DNA from: Paraphysomonas bandaiensis
Lineage: Eukaryota; Protista; Chrysophyceae
Reading direction: 5' to 3'
Assembly (NCBI GenBank): GCA_965644295.1
Contig: CBFFRP010000308.1
Location: 1-48,722, forward strand
DNA length: 48,722 bases
How positions within the stretch are numbered: position 1 is the first letter of the stretch; the number at the start of each line of letters is the position of its first letter. Positions 1 through 6,491 of this stretch are shown here, in pieces. The position numbers and the translations under genes are program-made. The notes under the pieces are model-generated. The model made no database searches. It saw only the letters and a list, made by a program, of their open reading frames with translations, and had not been told where the DNA came from.

Positions 1-1328
1 TGTCTATTAATGAAGAAGTTTTAGTTAATGAGCTGGAGGAAGCTCAGAAGGAAGTAGATGAGGCCATCCGTGACCAGCGTGAAGAGCAGCAGGGACATAC
101 CAGAGAGAGTGGCAGGGCTGCCGACGACAAAGGCAAGAAGAAAGAGCGAAGGACATCTGTATTCATGAGGGAGGCTGAGTCTTCAGAGGGAATGGAGGTT
201 CCAAAGCATGTCATCATCAATGTTGAAAAGCCATCCCATAAGCATATTTTTCTGGATTCGATGGAGCTTAGTGATTTTACAAAGTTTATCATCCAATGGT
301 TTGAATATGAACAGATCAATGGGATTAAGCTTGAGCCAGCCCAGATAGTTAGCAGGCGTGTTCGGAACCTGCTTATGTTCAACAATAGCTTGACGGATAA
401 AATGTTTGTTAAGTTGAGTGCTCAGAAATTCTGTGAGATGATGGCTAAGGAGACCAAGGTGTTGTCCAAAGTTGAGTTCATTGAGACTTTGCGATACGCG
501 CTGAGATATTTTAAGCCACTGGATTGGAAATCAGTGCGGCCGAATACACATGAGCTGTTTTTTCAAGAGATTTTGAAGCGAAAGAGTATTTTTATGCGTA
601 CGTTTACTATCATGATGGAGGCCAATAGTACTAAGTGTCCGCCGGTTGGAGGAAAAGAGTTTGGATCGGCTCAAGTATTTTTGGAGTTGATCGACGAGTC
701 TTACAACAAACGAGTTCTGGCTGAGATTCCAAGGGTGACGGATACTAATTATGGTAATGTTGAAGAGTTTCTGGATACATACGTTTCCAAGGCGAGTGAG
801 CATTATGAGGCGTCCAAGAACATCAGATTGGTGCCTTATGAAGGGTCCGATTTCAGTAGGAAGCAAATTCAAAGGAGTTCGAGGAATCGGGACAATGGAT
901 ACGTTGCAAAGGAGAAACCGAAATCTTTAAACAACGTGCAGTTTGCGGACCGAGTTGAGGATGATTTCTACAGTGATTTAGATGACAAGGAGGTTGACCC
1001 GATAGTTGTGGTCAAGGATGACGGGATGTCAGATGATGATTTCGAGAATGAGGTTGAGGAGATGTTGCTCGGCGAACCAGAGTCTGATAAGGAAGCTATA
1101 GAACAGGTGATGAACCTAGAGAAGACTGTTAATCCAACCCGTGGTTGCGTTGCGTATGCGTTGTATGGGAACTGCTACAAAGGGAAGGAATGTAAGCATG
1201 TCCAGGGTCATAATGGAGCAGTTGCAACGGAAACCCGGAAATGGATGATGAAGAAGCTGTCTCAGATGATGGCAGATGATTCCAAAGGGCCGCGAAAGAT
1301 TTTGCCGAGGCCTGGTGGAGTGACTTGA
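1..1328 (+). CDS. gag: Gypsy Gag-like protein (5' partial)
   Basis: The frame of ORF 165-1328 is open back to position 3; bases 1-2 (TG) could complete an ATG just outside the window. Acidic linker, C-terminal C-x8-C-x5-C-x5-H finger, directly upstream of pol. Confidence 0.8.
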   Translation, partial: SINEEVLVNELEEAQKEVDEAIRDQREEQQGHTRESGRAADDKGKKKERRTSVFMREAESSEGMEVPKHVIINVEKPSHKHIFLDSMELSDFTKFIIQWFEYEQINGIKLEPAQIVSRRVRNLLMFNNSLTDKMFVKLSAQKFCEMMAKETKVLSKVEFIETLRYALRYFKPLDWKSVRPNTHELFFQEILKRKSIFMRTFTIMMEANSTKCPPVGGKEFGSAQVFLELIDESYNKRVLAEIPRVTDTNYGNVEEFLDTYVSKASEHYEASKNIRLVPYEGSDFSRKQIQRSSRNRDNGYVAKEKPKSLNNVQFADRVEDDFYSDLDDKEVDPIVVVKDDGMSDDDFENEVEEMLLGEPESDKEAIEQVMNLEKTVNPTRGCVAYALYGNCYKGKECKHVQGHNGAVATETRKWMMKKLSQMMADDSKGPRKILPRPGGVT

Positions 1329-1331
1329 CAA

Positions 1332-4300
1332 ATGTGCGAGGCTAATGGTTCGCAGGATCACGAAGAAATATTGTACGGTTTGAATGATCCTGAGACTGTT
1401 AGTCGAGTTTTCCTCAGAAATTTGATGAATGTCTGTAATACGCGAGAACGAAAAGACTTGACATTGGCTCATTCTGGGGGAAGCATTGTATGTGATGATA
1501 ACTATATAATATCTGTGCGTGGAATATTGTTCGACACTGGAGCCCTAACATCTAACTTCATTTCCAAGGATTTGTTTGAGACGTTTAGAAATCATGTGTG
1601 TGAAAACAAAGTCATAAAAAAAGAAACAGTTATAGGATTTGCCGATAAAACGTCGAGAATGAAGTGTAGTTTTGTAGTGAAATTAAAATTGAGGTTTGAG
1701 AGAGAAGACTCCAAGGGAGAGTTCGTGTTATATGACGGGGATTTCATTGTTGCTGATATGGGTAGCAACGATATTATTATTGGACTTCCGGCTATCGTTA
1801 AGGATCTATGGGATTATTTTCTATTTATGCTTAAAGGAAGGACTATTGAACGAATTGAATCAGAAGTAAGTTTTATTAAAAGGCGTGAGGACGATGTTAC
1901 CGAGGATGATTTGTTGTTGAATGCGGTTGAAGAATTATTGCAGCCGTGGTGTGACAGTAGTAGGGAGGTAGCACCTGAAGAATTGGATGTTCCGGACCCT
2001 TCGCAGTTCGGATTTGCCTCAAGTTTTCTTGGAAAGACTAGAGAGGAAGCTTTGAGCGAGTTCGAGGATATGTTTGGTGAGCACGTGTCTCCAGAGTTCT
2101 CAGCAGCGCGACCGGTGCTGGAGTTATTGAGGACTAAGGGAGTAGAGGTATTTGTTCCAGAGCGGTGGGAAGGTATAAAAGGAGTGGATCCGTTGAACAT
2201 CAAGTTCGCTGAGAATTTGCCTCCTAGGATCAAGCCGAAGGCAAGACCCGTAAATCCTAGATTATATGAGGATGCGGAGAAGGAGTTTAGGAGACTGTGT
2301 GGTTACATCTATGTTCCTAGTAGGTCGCCGTGGGCTTCTTGTTTGGTGATCGCGCCAAAAGCCACGAAACCTTTTATTAGGATTTGTGGGGATTACGTGC
2401 AAATCAACAAGTACATTCCAAGTCCACACTATACAGTTCCTAATGTAAGACATGAGTTGGATCGTATTATTGGCTATAAGATATTTATGGACATTGACCT
2501 CACGAATGCGTTCCATCAGATCAGGTTGCATGAGAACACATCTGAAAAATTGTCAGTTCAAACACCGTGGGGCCAATTTCAGCCTTTATTCCTTCCGGAG
2601 GGAGTGTCTCCAGGGATTAGTGTGTTGCAAGAAGCGGTAGTCAAATTGTTTGGAGATCTGGAATGGGCGCTGTGTATATTTGATAATGTTCTGTTATTGG
2701 CACATGATTTTGATGATGCGTATAAGAAGCTGGAGATTTTCCTGGATAGATGCATTGAACATGGAGTTGTGTTGAAATTTGCAAAGACCTGGTTAGGATT
2801 TAGGGAGATCAAGTTTTTTGGCTATTTGGTAAGGCACAATAGTTTCGAGCTCACGGACGATAGGAAAGAGGCTTTATTGAAGATTCCTTTTCCAGAGAAT
2901 GGAAATAGATGTAAGAAGATTAGATCTTTGTTGGGTCTGGGAGTATTCTTTGCTCCATTTGTTCAGAATTACTCAGATTTGGTTAAACATCTTACGGATA
3001 TGACTAAGAGTAGTTTTAATTGGGAAGAAACGACATGGCAGCACGATTATAGGCAGGAGTTTGAAAACTATAAGAGTGGTTTGCAACAGTCTTGTGCTTT
3101 GTTTTATCCGAATTATGATCTTGAGTGGACACTTAGGACAGATGCTAGTGACTATGGAGTGGCAGGCATTCTTTTCCAGACTGTTGAGGGAACTGGGTCT
3201 AGTCCGATTCAACAGCAAACTATTGCTATCTGTTCCAAGAAATTGTCAGAGCAAGCCTTGAAGTGGTGTACTATTGAGAAGGAGGGTTTTGGTATATTCT
3301 ATTCAGTCAAGAAATTTTCGTTTTATCTGAGAGGAAAGAAATTTACAATCGAGACGGACCACAACAACCTTGTGTGGATGGAGGCATCAGAAGTTGCGAA
3401 GATAATTCGATGGAGAATTTATTTGCAGGATTTTGACTTTTTGATTCGTCATATCCCAGGGAAGAACAATGTGGTTGCGGATTGCTTGTCAAGATTGCTG
3501 TATTTGTCCGGATTTGTGGACGAAAGTGACGATTTCGACTCAGATGAAGTGAACTTCGTGACACTGCATAACATCTTTGAAAAAGACGATTTTGAGGACG
3601 ACGTTCAAGAGATCGCGCCGCCTACGGAGGTACAGAGGATAGATTATTATCAGGCTATCAAAGAGGTTCACAACGCGCAAGCAGGACACTGGGGTGCGAA
3701 AGAGACGTGGAAACGTCTGTGTAGGCAATTTCCGGGACACGGCGTGCCTTTCAAGGTGGTTGCAGACTTCGTGGACGAATGTATCAACTGTCAGAAGAAT
3801 AGGCGAGAGCTGAAGCAGCGATTGATTCCTATCACTAGACATTTAAAACCGCCTCATTCCAGGAGTGCTTTGGGAATTGACGCGGTTGCTATTACACCTG
3901 TTTCTAAATCTGGTTACACGCATATTGTGGTCATGGTTAATTTGTTTACGAAATTGGTGTACCTATATGCGGTGAAAGGAATGACGGCTATCAATTTGGC
4001 TACAGCAGTATGGAAGTGCTGGTGTACATACGGGCTCACGGATATGATTATATCAGATATGGGTCCGGATCTCAAATCAGAGCTTTTCGCAGAGCTGGTT
4101 AAGTTGTCAGGACTCCGTCATGTTTTTAGTATCGCCAACAGGCATGTCAATGGGTGTGAGCGTATTATTAAGGAAGTGGTTCGTCACATCCGTGCTATTT
4201 GTTTTGACAAGCGAATTGAGGCGGATGCTGTTTTGGAGGACGAACTGTTACTTGCCACTATCATGTTCATTCTGAATACCCACGAGAGTAGTGAGACGGG

Positions 4301-5270
4301 GTATTCTGCATTCGAACTGACGTTTGGGTCCCAGGATTCTATCTATAAGAATCTTTTGGCTGCCCAGGGGAGAGACAATGATCCGTCTCATCAGCTGTTG
4401 AAAAGGCTGAACGATTACTTAGCTCTAGTTCGCCAGATATCAGCAGACTACCAGAAGTCTCTAGTTGAGAAACGAGCGGAAGCGGGTTTGGATCCTGCCA
4501 AACAAAACCAGTATTGTCCAGGCGATTTTGTTATGTTCGACGCTGGTGCTAAACCACATCCGAAATTATCCTCGAGGATGAAGGGTCCTTTCGAAGTGGT
4601 GCGACAATACAAGAACGATGTTCAAATTCGTAATATTCTTACCGGGGGAATTCGGGAATACTCTGTCTCTGATCTTGAGCCATTTTTCGGAGATAAGGAA
4701 TCGGCTATTGAGGCGGCGATGCGAGACCATGAACAATTTAAGGTGGAGGAGATTCTTTCATATACGGGAGATTCACGAACCAAATCTACGATGGTCTTCA
4801 AGGTGAAGTATGCGGACGGCGATATCTTGGACATTCCATGGACACCGGATATTCAGTGTGAGGCATATTACGATTTTTGTGAGTCTAGGCCTTACTTGCG
4901 GCACCTCGCATACGACTCGTTTACTGCGAAGCGTTTTATCTCTTCAATGAGGAAGGAGAATATCACAACAGTTTCGGTTGGAGATACTGTCTATGTTGAT
5001 CTCAGGTTCTACGGTGACCTGTGGTACGAGAGTCTTGGTTTACCGGATTATGCCACGGCCGCGTATGTCATGGAATTCACGTACACCCATTGGTATCACA
5101 AGAATTCCAAACGCAAGATTAGCGCCCGTTTTAATCTCAACGGTTCCAACTATGCCTTCGACAACTATTTGGTCTATTGTTGGGGGTCCCAGAAGGATTT
5201 TGACCCTGCTCGCATGATTTTGGTTGATGCGTCGCTCGCTGCGGCTTATCCCAACATTATTCAGGAGTAG
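1332..5270 (+). CDS. pol: Gypsy Pol polyprotein (aspartic protease, RT, RNase H, integrase, chromodomain-like)
   Basis: Protease LFDTGA; RT RSPWAS, RICGDY, IDLTNAFHQI, IFDN; RNase H TDASDYG, EKE, TDHNNL, ADCLSR; integrase H-x5-H...CINC, GIDA/ISDMG/NGCER, GPF; chromo-like FKVEEIL...FKVKY. Confidence 0.96.
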   Translation: MCEANGSQDHEEILYGLNDPETVSRVFLRNLMNVCNTRERKDLTLAHSGGSIVCDDNYIISVRGILFDTGALTSNFISKDLFETFRNHVCENKVIKKETVIGFADKTSRMKCSFVVKLKLRFEREDSKGEFVLYDGDFIVADMGSNDIIIGLPAIVKDLWDYFLFMLKGRTIERIESEVSFIKRREDDVTEDDLLLNAVEELLQPWCDSSREVAPEELDVPDPSQFGFASSFLGKTREEALSEFEDMFGEHVSPEFSAARPVLELLRTKGVEVFVPERWEGIKGVDPLNIKFAENLPPRIKPKARPVNPRLYEDAEKEFRRLCGYIYVPSRSPWASCLVIAPKATKPFIRICGDYVQINKYIPSPHYTVPNVRHELDRIIGYKIFMDIDLTNAFHQIRLHENTSEKLSVQTPWGQFQPLFLPEGVSPGISVLQEAVVKLFGDLEWALCIFDNVLLLAHDFDDAYKKLEIFLDRCIEHGVVLKFAKTWLGFREIKFFGYLVRHNSFELTDDRKEALLKIPFPENGNRCKKIRSLLGLGVFFAPFVQNYSDLVKHLTDMTKSSFNWEETTWQHDYRQEFENYKSGLQQSCALFYPNYDLEWTLRTDASDYGVAGILFQTVEGTGSSPIQQQTIAICSKKLSEQALKWCTIEKEGFGIFYSVKKFSFYLRGKKFTIETDHNNLVWMEASEVAKIIRWRIYLQDFDFLIRHIPGKNNVVADCLSRLLYLSGFVDESDDFDSDEVNFVTLHNIFEKDDFEDDVQEIAPPTEVQRIDYYQAIKEVHNAQAGHWGAKETWKRLCRQFPGHGVPFKVVADFVDECINCQKNRRELKQRLIPITRHLKPPHSRSALGIDAVAITPVSKSGYTHIVVMVNLFTKLVYLYAVKGMTAINLATAVWKCWCTYGLTDMIISDMGPDLKSELFAELVKLSGLRHVFSIANRHVNGCERIIKEVVRHIRAICFDKRIEADAVLEDELLLATIMFILNTHESSETGYSAFELTFGSQDSIYKNLLAAQGRDNDPSHQLLKRLNDYLALVRQISADYQKSLVEKRAEAGLDPAKQNQYCPGDFVMFDAGAKPHPKLSSRMKGPFEVVRQYKNDVQIRNILTGGIREYSVSDLEPFFGDKESAIEAAMRDHEQFKVEEILSYTGDSRTKSTMVFKVKYADGDILDIPWTPDIQCEAYYDFCESRPYLRHLAYDSFTAKRFISSMRKENITTVSVGDTVYVDLRFYGDLWYESLGLPDYATAAYVMEFTYTHWYHKNSKRKISARFNLNGSNYAFDNYLVYCWGSQKDFDPARMILVDASLAAAYPNIIQE

Positions 5271-5281
5271 CTACGGCATCC

Positions 5282-5297
5282 GGGGGGGGAGAAAGGG
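5282..5297 (+). other. Polypurine tract of the Gypsy element
   Basis: GGGGGGGGAGAAAGGG, 11 nt after the pol stop and 3 nt before TGTAAAG. Confidence 0.85.
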
Positions 5298-5300
5298 TAA

Positions 5301-6491
5301 TGTAAAGCCGTGGGCTTTTATAACACCCTTTAACACGTTTAATGACATCATCATAATAATATTGATAACTATATTAATGCAATAACGATATGATAACATA
5401 ATATGTAGGGTATATGTAGCTTGTTTTGTATAAGATTGGTGACAACAAGAGATACAGATTATTATTACGAGGGCAAGACGACAGACAACTAGGATTTACC
5501 CTCGAACACACGTTTTCTTTGATCTACGCGATTGCTACCCGTCGGTTTACGCCTATATCCATACGGTAGTCGGTGTCATAGCGTTTTGGGTCAGGAAGCA
5601 TTGATTGGTACCGCATGTGCGATATTCGTAGTCCACCCATCATTATGAGAAGCTTTCTGATGGTTTTGAACAGCTCTATGTGCTTGATCATTGTTCTGGA
5701 TTCTGATATACGAATATTCCTCCATTGCCATACACCGTTGATTTTCTCCGGAATGGGGAGGAATTCGTAAGGTGCCATTGGACGCAGATGCAGAGGTGTC
5801 ATGGGCATGTTAGTGATCTGAATATGAGTGTATTTGTATGGTCCAGTCTAAAGTACACACTCTTGCAAGGAAATGATATTTAACCGTTCGGTTGTAAGCT
5901 TTTGAACCCGATTGCATTTTGTCGGTATTATGCATGAGTTGGCGATTGTGTATTTCACGTTGTCATGAAATGTGCTTGCAATTTTTGTGGATTCGAATAT
6001 TGTCATTTTGGGTGTTTGTGGCTCGAAAATCGGCGATTTTCTGCAATTCTCAAAAAAATTGGGGATTTTTGGGGTTTTGGGACTCAAAAATCGGAGGTTT
6101 TTGGAAAGGACCTATTTAGGCGTATTTCAGGGCGTTTTTGACTATAAACGATGTAGGATATGAATCGTATGTAGTGTAGTACATGTATGAGCATATTGTA
6201 CGGTTGTGGATGCATTCAATGTCCTGTGTATGAGGAGGAGTCTTTAGACTGGGGGTCTGTATTTTGTTTCGCTTGTAACTTTAGTTTTAATAATAATTCT
6301 CTATGAAATTAACATAGTTGGTTGACTGATCTGTCTATTGGGAGCTTTAGATTGCAGGATACAGGGGAGCTTGTGTTTCTGGCTGTTGGTTTCTTAAAGA
6401 GTTATTATTATAGTTTTCTGTTTCGTTGTTTCGACAAACAACCATTACATATCTTTTCAGTGATCTTAGGTTGCAAGACCTGAGTTGTTCA
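5301..6491 (+). repeat. Putative Gypsy 3' LTR (~1.19 kb, TG...CA)
   Basis: Starts TGTAAAGC after the PPT and ends ...GTTGTTCA right before Copia-like YQFIENEIPDLSYARIWGC. The partner LTR is not in the window, so the end is inferred. Confidence 0.7.
5524..5808 (-). CDS. Hypothetical 94-aa antisense ORF inside the putative LTR
   Basis: ATG-initiated ORF with ordinary protein-like composition; no recognised motif. Confidence 0.3.
   Translation of the reverse strand: MPMTPLHLRPMAPYEFLPIPEKINGVWQWRNIRISESRTMIKHIELFKTIRKLLIMMGGLRISHMRYQSMLPDPKRYDTDYRMDIGVNRRVAIA

Larger units (their letters stand above)
1..6491 (+). mobile_element. Ty3/Gypsy LTR retrotransposon (5' LTR outside window), apparently intact
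   Basis: Domain order gag-PR-RT-RNaseH-IN-chromo in open frames; PPT 5282-5297; TG start at 5301. Right end placed at CA (6490-6491), where Copia integrase-like sequence resumes. Confidence 0.93.

Noticed and set aside
44-5217. Antisense and alternate-frame ORFs overlapping gag-pol
   Set aside because: Short, without motifs, and expected as shadows of long coding frames.
6055-6085. GGGGTTTT and GGGATTTTT words resembling telomeric repeats
   Set aside because: Not tandem or regular; better explained as part of the A/T-tract block in the LTR.
5301-6491. Hammerhead ribozyme (retrozyme-like) in the LTR
   Set aside because: No CTGANGA...GAAA core with flanking stems found by eye on either strand.
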